Positions 51,667 to 62,372 are shown, counted from the first letter of the stretch. The stretch is DNA of 64,000 bases from an uncultured candidatus Porisulfidus sp. (GCA_965204575.1 OZ241993.1:1440001-1504000), one strand, 5' to 3'. Translations and numbers: made by a program. Notes: generated by a model from the sequence alone, not told the origin.

Positions 51667-51738
51667 GATTTCAAAAGTTAATTATACTGGGATTTGCCTT
51701 GTATACTGCCCCTTGCAAGGAACCGCCTTCTTTATCAA

Positions 51739-53118
51739 ATGGCCTCAAATCGCACAGAAAAAGACAGCATGGGGGAAATTCAGGTTCCCGAAGATGCCCT
51801 TTATGGTGCACAAACACAGCGTGCAGTTGAAAACTTCCCGATCAGCGGCCTGACCATGCCGCGCGCCTTCCTATACGGGCTGGGCCTGGTCAAGCGGGCT
51901 TGTGCAGAAGCCAATGCCAGCTTGGGCTTGCTGGAGCAGGAAAAAGCCGATGCCATCGTCGAGGCCGCCCAGCAGGTCGTGGAAGGCCAGCACGACGCAG
52001 AATTCCCGGTTGACGTGTTCCAGACCGGTTCCGGGACCAGCACGAACATGAACGCCAATGAGGTGATTGCCCATCTGGCGGGGAAGGGTGTGCACCCCAA
52101 CGATCACGTCAACATGAGTCAGAGCTCCAACGACGTGATTCCGACCGTCCTGCATGTCAGCGCCACGTTGGCGCTTAATGAGCAGTTGTTGCCTGCCTTA
52201 CGGCACTTGCAGCAAGTGGCAGAAGCCAAGGCGACTGAGTTGGATCAGCAGGTCAAGACTGGTCGTACCCACCTGATGGATGCGATGCCGGTGCGGATGT
52301 CGCAGGAAGTCGGGGCTTGGGCCAGTCAGATTCGTTACGGAATAGAGCGGGTCGAGGCGGCATTGCCCCGGTTGCTGGAACTGGCACAGGGCGGCACGGC
52401 AGTGGGCAGCGGCATCAATGCCCCGGAAGGATTCGAGGATGCTTTCATCAAATCGATTCGAAGCAGTACTTCGCTCGACTTCCGATCCAAGCCGGATAAA
52501 TTCGAGGGACTGGCGGCCCAAGATACGGCCGTAGAACTCAGCGGGCAGTTGCGCACAGTGGCCGTGGGCCTGATGAAAATCGCCAACGACTTGCGCTGGA
52601 TGAATTCCGGGCCCTTGGCGGGTCTTGGAGAGATCGCGTTGCCGGCCCTGCAGCCAGGCAGCAGCATCATGCCGGGCAAGGTCAATCCGGTGATTCCCGA
52701 GGCTACGGCGATGGTGGCCGCCCAAGTGATGGGGAACGATGCGACGATTGCCGTGGCCGGACAGTCTGGCAGCTTCCAGTTGAACGTCATGCTGCCAGTG
52801 ATTGCCTACAACCTATTGCAAAGTATTGAATTACTGTCTAATTCTTCACGTCTTCTGGCCGACCAGGCGATTTCCGGTTTCATCGTCAACGAAACAGTGT
52901 TGCAAGAATCCCTTGAGAAGAATCCGATCCTGGTGACGGCATTGAATACCGTAATCGGCTATGAGAAGGGGGCGGCCATTGCCAAGCAAGCCTACGCGGA
53001 AGGACGCCCAGTCATCGACGTGGCGCGCGAACAAACCGACCTGTCCGAAGAAGAGTTAAAGCGCCTTCTAGACCCCGGAGCATTGACCCGCGGGGGCATT
53101 CAAAAGGCTGATGGCTAG
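51739..53118 (+). CDS. fumC: Fumarate hydratase class II
   Basis: RTEKDSMG, QTGSGTS, GRTHLMDA, GSSIMPGKVNP. Confidence 0.95.
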   Translation: MASNRTEKDSMGEIQVPEDALYGAQTQRAVENFPISGLTMPRAFLYGLGLVKRACAEANASLGLLEQEKADAIVEAAQQVVEGQHDAEFPVDVFQTGSGTSTNMNANEVIAHLAGKGVHPNDHVNMSQSSNDVIPTVLHVSATLALNEQLLPALRHLQQVAEAKATELDQQVKTGRTHLMDAMPVRMSQEVGAWASQIRYGIERVEAALPRLLELAQGGTAVGSGINAPEGFEDAFIKSIRSSTSLDFRSKPDKFEGLAAQDTAVELSGQLRTVAVGLMKIANDLRWMNSGPLAGLGEIALPALQPGSSIMPGKVNPVIPEATAMVAAQVMGNDATIAVAGQSGSFQLNVMLPVIAYNLLQSIELLSNSSRLLADQAISGFIVNETVLQESLEKNPILVTALNTVIGYEKGAAIAKQAYAEGRPVIDVAREQTDLSEEELKRLLDPGALTRGGIQKADG

Positions 53119-53206
53119 TGATAACATTGAGGTAAAGCACGATGCTTCGCAGATGCGTGTCCATGTATGAAATAACGGGGAATTCCTATGTATAATTGCA
53201 GAGCAA

Positions 53207-53965
53207 ATGGCGACAACCTTGAGTTTGCTCGACCTGATGCAGATACAGACAACCCTAGAACACAAAAATACGGCAAATAAGAAGCGCCGTGTTCGGAACG
53301 GCGCTGCAACAAACGATCTTGTTGTCAGTGCCTATTCGGAAGGAAACGACAGGGTGTTTCCACGCATTCTGGATTTATACGTATCCCCAGGATGCACCAT
53401 CGCTGATGTCACCTTTGGGAAAGGGGTCTTCTGGCGAAACGTTCCAGACAGGAAATACGATCTTCTGGCCACCGACATTTTGGACGGGGTTGATTGCCGT
53501 GAACTTCCTTATCAGGATGAATCTATTGATTGCGTTGTGTTGGACCCACCGTATATGCATTCACCCGGCGGGACGGCCTATAAAGCGTCTCACACTCAGT
53601 TTGAAGCCTATTATCGAAACAATAGTGCGGCGAACCGTACCGGGAGCAAGTACCACGACGCGGTTCTTGATCTGTACAAGGATGCCGGTTTGGAAGCTTA
53701 CCGGGTTTTACATGAACGGGGCGTGATGATTGTTAAATGTCAAGATGAGGTATGTGCCAATACCCAGCGTTTTACGCATGTTGAAATCATGCAGGCATAC
53801 GAAGAAATGGGGTTTGTCGCTGAAGACATATTCGTTGTTGTCAGAAGCAACAAACCAGGGGTCAGCCGCACGGTCCGACAGGTTCACGCGAGGAAAAATC
53901 ATTCCTACTTCTTGGTGTTTTGGAAACGCATTGGAGGCAAGGGGAAATGGAACCCACCAACATAG
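53207..53965 (+). CDS. Amino (N6A/N4C) DNA methyltransferase-like protein
   Basis: SAM-binding ADVTFGKG followed by catalytic LDPPY; low GC. Confidence 0.75.
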   Translation: MATTLSLLDLMQIQTTLEHKNTANKKRRVRNGAATNDLVVSAYSEGNDRVFPRILDLYVSPGCTIADVTFGKGVFWRNVPDRKYDLLATDILDGVDCRELPYQDESIDCVVLDPPYMHSPGGTAYKASHTQFEAYYRNNSAANRTGSKYHDAVLDLYKDAGLEAYRVLHERGVMIVKCQDEVCANTQRFTHVEIMQAYEEMGFVAEDIFVVVRSNKPGVSRTVRQVHARKNHSYFLVFWKRIGGKGKWNPPT

Positions 53966-54453
53966 ACCCAATCGCCTTACTGGCTGGCATCATAAAGGAG
54001 CATGCTCCGGAAGATATCTGGGCGGAGTCTCCTCTCTCCGACTATCGCAAGCTTGGCAACACAAATCGAGGTGAAATTGGAGAAGAATTCATCAGGAGAT
54101 ATTTGAAGGCAAAAGGGGTGAGCGTTTCAAATGGCAATAGGACATCTCCTGTAGATTTAACCATTGACGAAAACAAGTTCGAGATTAAGACCGCTTCCCT
54201 CGGAGCGAACGGGACATTCCAGTTCAATCACATACGCTTGGACAGGGACTACGGTTATCTGCTTTGCCTAGGGATATGCCCGAAAGATATTGTCTTCGAT
54301 ATGTGGAGAAATGGAGATGTTGCTGAAGGACAGGCGGGGAAACTCGTTCGGATGGCGGAAGGACAATCGGTGACCTATAAACTCACAAAAAAACTTACGG
54401 ACATGAGTCCTATAGACGTTCTCCCGAATTTCCTAAATCTCCCAAGTAAGTAG
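53947..54453 (+). CDS. Putative restriction endonuclease (PD-(D/E)XK)
   Basis: GEIGEE...VDL...FEIKTAS pattern; overlaps the methyltransferase stop. Confidence 0.6.
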   Translation: MEPTNIDPIALLAGIIKEHAPEDIWAESPLSDYRKLGNTNRGEIGEEFIRRYLKAKGVSVSNGNRTSPVDLTIDENKFEIKTASLGANGTFQFNHIRLDRDYGYLLCLGICPKDIVFDMWRNGDVAEGQAGKLVRMAEGQSVTYKLTKKLTDMSPIDVLPNFLNLPSK

Positions 54454-54665
54454 CGTAGGGGCAAGGACTAAGCTAATCTTGATCTTGCCGCCCGCGTCCT
54501 GCTGGGCACATTTTTGGGGGATTTGATATAGTAAAATGCCACGCGTAAAGCGTTGAAAACGCCTAAAGTCACAATAGAAAACTGCACAAATTCCATCTTC
54601 AAACATGGAGGCCGGGAGATTACAGATCCCGACCTCATTCCATTACCAAACTTAAGGAGTTAGAA

Positions 54666-54788
54666 GTGATTTACTACCAAGACAAAGAACCCGTTCCTCA
54701 CATTCCACCCGGAAAGGAAGAAAGAGACGGTGGCAAGTCAAAGTACGGAAAAGACAGTCATCCAAGCCAGAAGAAAGATTTGCACTAA
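54666..54788 (+). CDS. Possible 40-aa small protein
   Basis: TAAGGAG RBS then GTG, open to TAA at 54786; not in the ORF track; no recognisable family. Confidence 0.3.
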   Translation: MIYYQDKEPVPHIPPGKEERDGGKSKYGKDSHPSQKKDLH

Positions 54789-55208
54789 AACAGCCCATGA
54801 TGCATATTTCAGTAGATCTGCTTTTCGCTGTAGGATCATCCGGTTTGAAGCAATAGCCTCACCGTATGTGTTGCCTATCGCCCTGACAACAGCTGAGGAC
54901 GGATAGTCTTTTAATTTTTTGGCTACCTCTTCCATATCTGGAGAGGTGTGCCATCTGCTCGGATGCACCATAATCATAGTTATTACAGCTATGACGATGA
55001 ACATTAGTCCCTGCCCCATGAAGAGGTAGGGTTCGTTCTTAGTGCAGGCTTCACCGATTTTTAGAATCGTAAGGCCAAAACCAATCATTAGGCCAGAGTA
55101 ACCAGCCATTTTTAGTATTCTGTCGGAAAATTCCCGATGGAGGTTTTCTTGGCCCAACAATTTGTCTCGACCAAGATTTAGATACGCAGATATAGAATCT
55201 GGACTCAT
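54738..55208 (-). CDS. Hypothetical 3-TM membrane protein
   Basis: Three hydrophobic segments; low-GC islet. Confidence 0.6.
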   Translation of the reverse strand: MSPDSISAYLNLGRDKLLGQENLHREFSDRILKMAGYSGLMIGFGLTILKIGEACTKNEPYLFMGQGLMFIVIAVITMIMVHPSRWHTSPDMEEVAKKLKDYPSSAVVRAIGNTYGEAIASNRMILQRKADLLKYASWAVLVQIFLLAWMTVFSVL

Positions 55209-55319
55209 TCTAGGATTCTATCAGAAGGCTTCTATGCAGCAGCTAAAAACCTTCGACACTAAGGTATGTAAGCCTCTTTTTTTTCTAGGTCTTTCTCGCT
55301 TGCAGAAGATTAATTTTTT

Positions 55320-57992
55320 TCAGGCAGCCAGTTGGCGCAGCACGTAGTGCAGGATTCCCCCATGTCGGTAGTATTCCGATTCCTGCGGGGTATCGATACG
55401 CACCGCTACCTCGAATGTCCTAGTCGCACCTCCGTTATCGGCCGAGACCGCCGTCACCTTCAGCCGCCCACCCGGCTTGCTTGCGGCATCAAGGCCAAGT
55501 ATGTCGAAGACCTCTTCACCGGCCAGTCCCAGCGACTCTGCATTTTCTCCCGGCTGGAACTGCAACGGCAGGATTCCCATGCCGATCAGGTTCGATCGGT
55601 GAATTCGCTCGTAACTTTCCGCGATGACGGCGCGCACGCCCTGCAGTCGCGGACCCTTGGCGGCCCAATCGCGGGATGAACCGCAGCCGTATTCCTTGCC
55701 GGCCAGCACAATCAGCGGGATTCCTTCCTCGCGGTATTCCATGGCCGCATCGAAAATCGACATCAATTCGCCATCCGGCAAGTGCCGGGTGACACCCCCC
55801 TCAACGCCATTGGCCAGGCGGTTCCGCAGCCGGATGTTGGCAAAGGTCCCCCGCATCATCACTTCATGGTTGCCTCGGCGCGAGCCGTAGGAATTGAAGT
55901 CAGCCGGTAGCACGCCGCGTGCGATCAGGTAGCGTCCGGCCGGGCTATCTTCAGCGATGGAACCGGCTGGCGAAATATGATCGGTCGTAACCGAATCACC
56001 GAGAAATGCCAGTACTCGTGCACCTTGAATATCGACAGGGTCCGCCACTTCCATGGAAAGATCCTCGAAGTAGGGCGGATGCGATACGTAAGTCGAGTCA
56101 GGCCATTCGTAGAGCCCACTTGAGACGCTCTCAAGACCGGCCCAATGATCGTCGCCTTGGAATACGTTCTGATAGCTTGCCCGGAATTGGCCGGCATCCA
56201 ACGCGCGCCCCATGACTTCGGCAACCTCATGCTGGGTCGGCCAAAGCTCCTTCAGGTAAACCGGCTGGCCTTGCGGTGTCGTGGCAAGCGGCTCCCGGTA
56301 CAGGTCCACGTCCATTCTCCCGGCGATGGCATAGGCCACCACCAAGGGCGGCGAAGCCAAGTAGTTCATTAGGACCTGAGCATGGATCCGTCCTTCAAAG
56401 TTCCGGTTGCCGGACAGCACGGATACGGCGGTCAAGTCATTGTCTTGGACGATTTTCGAGACCTGTTCCGGCAGGGGCCCGGAATTGCCGATACAGGTGG
56501 TACAACCGTAGCCGACCAGGTGAAAGCCCAGTTGCTTCAAGGCTTCCATCAAACCCGCCCGCTCCAGGTAGTCCGTCACCACGCGCGAGCCGGGAGCCAG
56601 GGAAGTCTTGACCCAGGGGCGGGCCTTCAGTCCCAACTCCATGGCCTTCTTCGCGACCAGCCCGGCGGCCACCATGACCGACGGATTGGACGTGTTCGTG
56701 CAAGAAGTAATGGCGGCAATGGCGACCAGCCCGTCGCCCACAGTGCAAGCCTGGCCATCGATCTCGACCTCCAAGTCGAACTGCTGCGACTTGTCGCGTG
56801 CTTGGTTGATCTCTTCCAGCCGAGTCTGGAATTGCGAGGCTGCTTCGCGCAGCGGCACCCGATCCTGAGGCCGTTTGGGTCCGGCCAAGCTCGGTTCGAT
56901 TGAACCCAGATCCAGTTCGAGTGATTCGCTGTACTCGGCCGGCTCATCGCCGGCCTCACGCCACATTCCCTGCTCTCTCGCATAGGCCTCGACCCGGTCG
57001 GCCAGGTGTTCGTCCCGACCGGTCAGGCGCAGGTAATTGACCGTTTCGGCATCGATTGGGAATAGCCCGCAAGTTGCCCCATATTCCGGCGCCATGTTGG
57101 CGATGGTGGCTCGGTCCCCGATGGACAGTTGGTCCAGCCCATCACCATGGAATTCGACAAACTTGCCAACCACGCCGTGTTCTCGCAGCATCTGGACGAT
57201 CGTCAGCACCAGGTCCGTGCCGGTGGCACCTTCCGGCAGGTTGCCGGTCAGCTGGAAACCGACGACACGGGGGATCAGCATGGAAATCGGTTGGCCGAGC
57301 ATGGAGGCTTCCGCTTCGATGCCGCCCACGCCCCAGCCTAGAACACCAATACCGTTGATCATCGTCGTGTGGGAATCGGTACCGACCAAGGTGTCGGGAT
57401 AGGCTTCCAGCATGCCATCGCGTTCCTGCGCGAACACCACGCGTGCCAAATATTCGAGGTTGACTTGATGCACGATGCCGGTGTCTGGCGGCACGACCTT
57501 GAAATTGCTAAAGGCGTTCTGGCCCCATTTGAGGAACTGGTAGCGTTCCCGGTTTCGGTCGAATTCCAGCTTTGCATTGAGGTCGAACGCCTGATCACTG
57601 GCGAATTGGTCGACCTGGACCGAGTGATCAATGACCAGTTCGGCCGGTTGCAGGGGATTGATGCGTTCCGGATTGCCGCCCAGCACGCCCATGGCATCGC
57701 GCATGGCGGCCAAGTCAACTACGGCGGGAACCCCGGTGAAGTCCTGCATCAGCACGCGGGCAGGGCGGAACGCGATCTCTTGGCTGGCTTCGGCGGATGG
57801 ATCCCAGTTCAGCAGAGCCTGAATGTCCTCCGGGGTGACCGTGCGGCCATCCTCGTGGCGCAACAGGTTCTCTAGAAGGATTTTCAGTGAAAATGGAAGG
57901 CGATTGGCACCTTCCAAGTCGGTTAGCCGGTATATCCGATAAGTTTCTTCACCGACCTTGAGGGTAGACTTCGTATTGAAACTGTTTCCCAT
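55320..57992 (-). CDS. acnA: Aconitate hydratase A
   Basis: MQDFTGVP, GTDSHT, AITSCTN, GYGCTTCIGN, TTDHISP, GSSRDWAAK. Confidence 0.97.
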   Translation of the reverse strand: MGNSFNTKSTLKVGEETYRIYRLTDLEGANRLPFSLKILLENLLRHEDGRTVTPEDIQALLNWDPSAEASQEIAFRPARVLMQDFTGVPAVVDLAAMRDAMGVLGGNPERINPLQPAELVIDHSVQVDQFASDQAFDLNAKLEFDRNRERYQFLKWGQNAFSNFKVVPPDTGIVHQVNLEYLARVVFAQERDGMLEAYPDTLVGTDSHTTMINGIGVLGWGVGGIEAEASMLGQPISMLIPRVVGFQLTGNLPEGATGTDLVLTIVQMLREHGVVGKFVEFHGDGLDQLSIGDRATIANMAPEYGATCGLFPIDAETVNYLRLTGRDEHLADRVEAYAREQGMWREAGDEPAEYSESLELDLGSIEPSLAGPKRPQDRVPLREAASQFQTRLEEINQARDKSQQFDLEVEIDGQACTVGDGLVAIAAITSCTNTSNPSVMVAAGLVAKKAMELGLKARPWVKTSLAPGSRVVTDYLERAGLMEALKQLGFHLVGYGCTTCIGNSGPLPEQVSKIVQDNDLTAVSVLSGNRNFEGRIHAQVLMNYLASPPLVVAYAIAGRMDVDLYREPLATTPQGQPVYLKELWPTQHEVAEVMGRALDAGQFRASYQNVFQGDDHWAGLESVSSGLYEWPDSTYVSHPPYFEDLSMEVADPVDIQGARVLAFLGDSVTTDHISPAGSIAEDSPAGRYLIARGVLPADFNSYGSRRGNHEVMMRGTFANIRLRNRLANGVEGGVTRHLPDGELMSIFDAAMEYREEGIPLIVLAGKEYGCGSSRDWAAKGPRLQGVRAVIAESYERIHRSNLIGMGILPLQFQPGENAESLGLAGEEVFDILGLDAASKPGGRLKVTAVSADNGGATRTFEVAVRIDTPQESEYYRHGGILHYVLRQLAA

Positions 57993-58092
57993 AGTTTTGT
58001 AATTACGTAAGTTTTCGTTTAGAAAAAATGAGCTTTAACGCTCCGCCAGGATTGGCGGGCGGCGACACACACCTATTTTCGCACGAAACCGT

Positions 58093-59190
58093 CTACGAGG
58101 CGGTGGAATCCGTGCCCAACGCTTTCAGGATAACGCCTCCGCCCAGGCAGACCTCTCCGAGGTAAAACACCACGGATTGACCTGGGGCCGGGGCCCATTG
58201 GGGAGATGCGAAGTGTACCCGGCAGTCCTTCCCATTCTGTTCCAGTCGACAATCCTGCAAGGGCTGACGATGACGAATCCGCGCCTTGAGCGATTGCTCT
58301 CCGGGCGGTTCGCCGGCAATCCAGTGCGGGGATTCGATTTCCAGCATACGGACGTTCAGGGCTGGATGATCGCGGTCCTGGGTCACGGTCAACCGGCCGT
58401 TTTCGAGATCCTTGTCGACGACATACCAAGGGCCTTCATCGCTCCCGGAAACCCCGCCAATGCCCAGGCCGGTCCGCTGGCCGATCGTCTGGAATGCCAA
58501 TCCTTGATGTTCTCCGAGTTCGCGCCCGGAAGAATCGACAATCGGCCCGGGCTGGGCCGGGATGTAATTCGCCAGAAAATCCTGAAAACGACGCTCCCCG
58601 ATGAAACAGATGCCCGTACTGTCTTTCTTGTCGTGTATCGGGAGCCCGATTCGGCGTGCCTGTTCCCGGGTTTCTTTCTTGGTCATGCCCTGCAAGGGAA
58701 AGTGGGCGGAGGCCAATTGCTCCTGGTCCAGGCGATGAAGGAAATAGGTCTGATCCTTGTCCAGGTCCTCGGACTGGATGAGCTCGGGGGACACTCCATG
58801 AAACCGGACGCCCGCATAGTGGCCCGTGGCGATGCGGTCCACGCCAAGCGTCCGGGCGTAGTCCAGGAAAGCCCGGAACTTGATTTCGCGGTTGCACAGG
58901 ATGTCCGGGTTCGGCGTGCGGCCGGCCGAGTACTCGGCCAAGAAGACCTGGAACACGCGACCCCAGTACTCCGCGGAGAAATTGATGGTGTGCAGCCGGA
59001 GGTCGAGCTTGTCGCAAACCGTCTGGGCATCCGCGAGATCCGCCGCCGCCGCGCAATATTCCTCGGTGTCGTCCTCTTCCCAGTTCTTCATGAACACGGC
59101 CTCGACTTCGATGCCGCGCTCGCACAACTTCCAAGCTGCGACGGCCGAATCGACTCCTCCGGACAATCCGATCAGTATCTGTGCCGGCAT
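58093..59190 (-). CDS. mnmA: tRNA 2-thiouridylase
   Basis: SGGVDS, PNPDILCN, ATGHY, KDQTYF, KDSTGICF. Confidence 0.96.
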   Translation of the reverse strand: MPAQILIGLSGGVDSAVAAWKLCERGIEVEAVFMKNWEEDDTEEYCAAAADLADAQTVCDKLDLRLHTINFSAEYWGRVFQVFLAEYSAGRTPNPDILCNREIKFRAFLDYARTLGVDRIATGHYAGVRFHGVSPELIQSEDLDKDQTYFLHRLDQEQLASAHFPLQGMTKKETREQARRIGLPIHDKKDSTGICFIGERRFQDFLANYIPAQPGPIVDSSGRELGEHQGLAFQTIGQRTGLGIGGVSGSDEGPWYVVDKDLENGRLTVTQDRDHPALNVRMLEIESPHWIAGEPPGEQSLKARIRHRQPLQDCRLEQNGKDCRVHFASPQWAPAPGQSVVFYLGEVCLGGGVILKALGTDSTAS

Positions 59191-59202
59191 GGCGGAGCCC
59201 GG

Positions 59203-59646
59203 TCAGGAAGAGATCAGCGAAAGCGGGTGCCGGATCCCAGCCAGGTAGTCGTCGACGCATTGCAGCACCATCGGGCTGCGTCGCCGACGCTCTGCCAGGG
59301 CCGCAATCTCGCCTCGCGTCATCCATACGGTCCGGATGATCGTGTCATCCAACTCCCGGTCTGGATATTCCCGGATCAATCGGCCACAGAACGCAAACCG
59401 CAGGTACATGTGAGGCGAATTGGGCAGAACGTACTGGTAGATGCCGACCAGGGCCTCCGGGCTGAACGCCCAAGCCGCTTCTTCGAGCATCTCCCGCGCA
59501 CAGCCTTGCATCAGGGTTTCATTGGCATCCAGGTGCCCGGCCGGCTGGTTTACCACTATTTCTCCGTTCACCTGTTCTTCAACCAGCAGGAATCGGCCAT
59601 CCCGCTCGGCAATTGCGGCAACAGTCAGGTGAGGCGTCCAATCCAT
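59203..59646 (-). CDS. NUDIX hydrolase (NudJ-like)
   Basis: TVAA, NQPAGHL...REMLEE Nudix box; upstream of mnmA. Confidence 0.88.
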   Translation of the reverse strand: MDWTPHLTVAAIAERDGRFLLVEEQVNGEIVVNQPAGHLDANETLMQGCAREMLEEAAWAFSPEALVGIYQYVLPNSPHMYLRFAFCGRLIREYPDRELDDTIIRTVWMTRGEIAALAERRRRSPMVLQCVDDYLAGIRHPLSLISS

Positions 59647-59798
59647 GGCAAAAACCAAAGCGGGTTCACGTCGCAGATATAATAAGGTGAATTTCGGTAA
59701 ATGACGAACTTCCGGGCGCATATCCTGATGCCGACGCACTGGACAGGCAAAATGGCTAGCGTGCCGAAAGGATCCTGCGGATCGCAGGGGAGGGTGCC

Positions 59799-62072
59799 GT
59801 GAGCGGTGCATTCAGCGACGAATTCGAACGCGCGCTGTCGGAGATCTGGCAGCTCGCCCGAAACCGCGGGCACGGCTATGTGACCCTGGAGCATGTCGTC
59901 CTCGCGATCCTGAATGAACCGACCTCGCAGGGGCTCTTCCGCGAGCATGAGATCGCCCTGTCGGTCTTCCAGGACGAATTGCTCGAATTCATCGATCGCC
60001 ACACGCCCCGGACCAACAACACCTCGCAGAAGGTCGAGGAGACACGCAGCGTCAGCCGGGTGCAGGCACGCGCCCAGATGATTTTCGAGGCCCCCACCGG
60101 CGTGCATGTGCTGGAGATGCTTTTTGAAGAGCCGCAGTCGCACGCGGTGCAACTGCTTCGGAAACACGGGCTCGACCGCGATCAGGTCTCGCAATTCCGG
60201 GTCCGCATGGATCGCGTCCGGTTTAGCACGCAGGATACGGAAAGCCGGAAACCATCCCGGCGCGGCGGCGACCCGATAGAGGCTTTGGCGCGCAACAAGC
60301 TTGCCATAGAGCATTGTGCAACCGACCTGAACGAGCGTGTGCGAGAGGGGACGATTGACGCGCTGATCGGCAGGCAGGACGAGATGAACCAGATTGTCCG
60401 GACCCTGGGGCGGAGACGGAAGAATAACGTGGTGCTGGTTGGCGAGGCAGGGGTCGGCAAGACCGCGTTGGCCGAGGGGCTCGCCTGGCGGATCGTCCAG
60501 GGCGATGTCCCGAAGAGCCTGGCCTCGTCGACGGTGCTCTCCCTGAACGTGGGCAATCTCGTCGCCGGAACCCGGTTCCGTGGGGATTTCGAAGAACGCA
60601 TGAAGAACTTCCTGAACAACCTGAAGAAACGCCCCGATACGATCCTGTTCATCGACGAGATCCACATGTTGGTCGGGGCTGGCTCGGCTTCCGGCATGGC
60701 CATGGATGCCGCCGACCAACTCAAACCCCTGCTGACGACAGAGGGGTTCCGCTGTATCGGGGCCACCACTCACCGCGAATTCCGGCAGATCTTCGAACAG
60801 GACTCTGCCCTGGCCCGCCGGTTTCGCCGGATCGAGGTGCAGGAACCTTCTATCGCGGAAACCTACCAGATCCTGGCAGGCCTGAAGAAAAATTACGAGG
60901 AGCACCACCAGGTCACCTACAGCGAAGATGTCATCCGGGCGATTGTGGACTTGTCCGCCAAATACCTGCATGACCGGCAACTTCCGGACAAGGCCGTCGA
61001 TCTGATGGACGAGACCGGGTCCGGCTGTCGCTTGGAATTGGAGAACCCGGCACCCTATGCCGTACACGTGCATGATGTCGAACGCACGGTCGCAACGATG
61101 GCGCGAATCCCGGAACGCAGCGTCAACACTTCTTCGGCAAAGGCGTTGCTGGACTTGGACCGGAGACTGAAGGCCCTGGTCTTCGGACAGGACGAGGCCA
61201 TCGATCAGTTGGCTCAGGCAATCAAGATCTCGCGAGCCCGCCTGAAACCGGAGCAACGCCCAATGGGCGCCTTTTTGTTCAGCGGCCCGACCGGGGTCGG
61301 CAAGACGGAAGTCTGCCGCCAGATGGCGGAAGTGATGGGCGTGGAGTTACTGCGATTCGACATGTCGGAGTATATGGAGCGCCAATCGGTGGCACGCCTG
61401 ATCGGGGCTCCGCCAGGCTATGTCGGCTACGACGAAGGGGGGCTGCTGACCGAGTCGGTCATGCGGCACCCGTATGCGGTGCTGCTGCTGGACGAGGTGG
61501 AGAAGGCTCATCCGGACGTGATGAACGTGTTGCTGCAGGTCATGGACTACGGCAAGCTGACCGACAGCAATGGGCGGGCCGTGGATTTCCGAAACCTGCT
61601 GCTCATGATGACCTGCAATGTCGGAGCGGGGCAAGCCAGCCGCGCCGGCATGGGCTTCACCCCGCAGGATCACGGCAGCGATATTCAGCGGGAGATCGAG
61701 CGGGTTTTCGCCCCCGAGTTCCGGAATCGCCTGGATGCCACCGTCCAGTTCGCTCCGCTCGACGAGGAAAATATCCTGGCGGTGGTCGGCAAACTCTTGG
61801 GTGAACTCCAGGAATCCTTGCGCGAGCAGAATATCTGGCTGAAAGCGGACCTCCGGGCTCGCCGCTGGCTGGCCCGCGAAGGATTCGACCCCGTGATGGG
61901 AGCCCGCTGCATGCAGCGGGTCATACGGGATCAGATCCGGGTTCCGCTGGCAGACAAAATTCTGTGCGGATCCCTAAACGAGGGAGGGACGGTTCGCCTG
62001 ACGGCGAACAAGACAGGACTGCGGATGACTGTGGAATCGGCGGACGAAAGCTTGCCGGAAACCGTGCACTAG
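59799..62072 (+). CDS. clpA: ATP-dependent Clp protease ATP-binding subunit
   Basis: Two AAA+ modules (GEAGVGKT, GPTGVGKT), no coiled-coil middle domain, MGF ClpP-binding loop; convergent with infA. Confidence 0.88.
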   Translation: MSGAFSDEFERALSEIWQLARNRGHGYVTLEHVVLAILNEPTSQGLFREHEIALSVFQDELLEFIDRHTPRTNNTSQKVEETRSVSRVQARAQMIFEAPTGVHVLEMLFEEPQSHAVQLLRKHGLDRDQVSQFRVRMDRVRFSTQDTESRKPSRRGGDPIEALARNKLAIEHCATDLNERVREGTIDALIGRQDEMNQIVRTLGRRRKNNVVLVGEAGVGKTALAEGLAWRIVQGDVPKSLASSTVLSLNVGNLVAGTRFRGDFEERMKNFLNNLKKRPDTILFIDEIHMLVGAGSASGMAMDAADQLKPLLTTEGFRCIGATTHREFRQIFEQDSALARRFRRIEVQEPSIAETYQILAGLKKNYEEHHQVTYSEDVIRAIVDLSAKYLHDRQLPDKAVDLMDETGSGCRLELENPAPYAVHVHDVERTVATMARIPERSVNTSSAKALLDLDRRLKALVFGQDEAIDQLAQAIKISRARLKPEQRPMGAFLFSGPTGVGKTEVCRQMAEVMGVELLRFDMSEYMERQSVARLIGAPPGYVGYDEGGLLTESVMRHPYAVLLLDEVEKAHPDVMNVLLQVMDYGKLTDSNGRAVDFRNLLLMMTCNVGAGQASRAGMGFTPQDHGSDIQREIERVFAPEFRNRLDATVQFAPLDEENILAVVGKLLGELQESLREQNIWLKADLRARRWLAREGFDPVMGARCMQRVIRDQIRVPLADKILCGSLNEGGTVRLTANKTGLRMTVESADESLPETVH

Positions 62073-62079
62073 CCGATAT

Positions 62080-62298
62080 TCATCGAGTGCGGTAAACGAT
62101 GCGGCCTTTGCTGAGATCGTACGGGGTCAGCGCGACGGTGACCTTGTCGCCGGTCAGGATCCGGATGTAATGTTTTCGCATCCGACCGGAAATGTGGGCC
62201 GTGACCACGTGCCCATTCGTCAATTCAACCCGGAACATAGTGTTGGGCAGGGTCTCAATGACGACCCCCTCCATCTCGATATGTTCTTCCTTCGGCAT
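62080..62298 (-). CDS. infA: Translation initiation factor IF-1
   Basis: [26 protein letters not shown]. Confidence 0.97.
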   Translation of the reverse strand: MPKEEHIEMEGVVIETLPNTMFRVELTNGHVVTAHISGRMRKHYIRILTGDKVTVALTPYDLSKGRIVYRTR

Positions 62299-62372
62299 GC
62301 TTTGTCGCTGGATTGTGGCGGGCTCATTATCAGTCATGTCGTATCGAAGCACAAGTTAGGAGAAAACACGCC

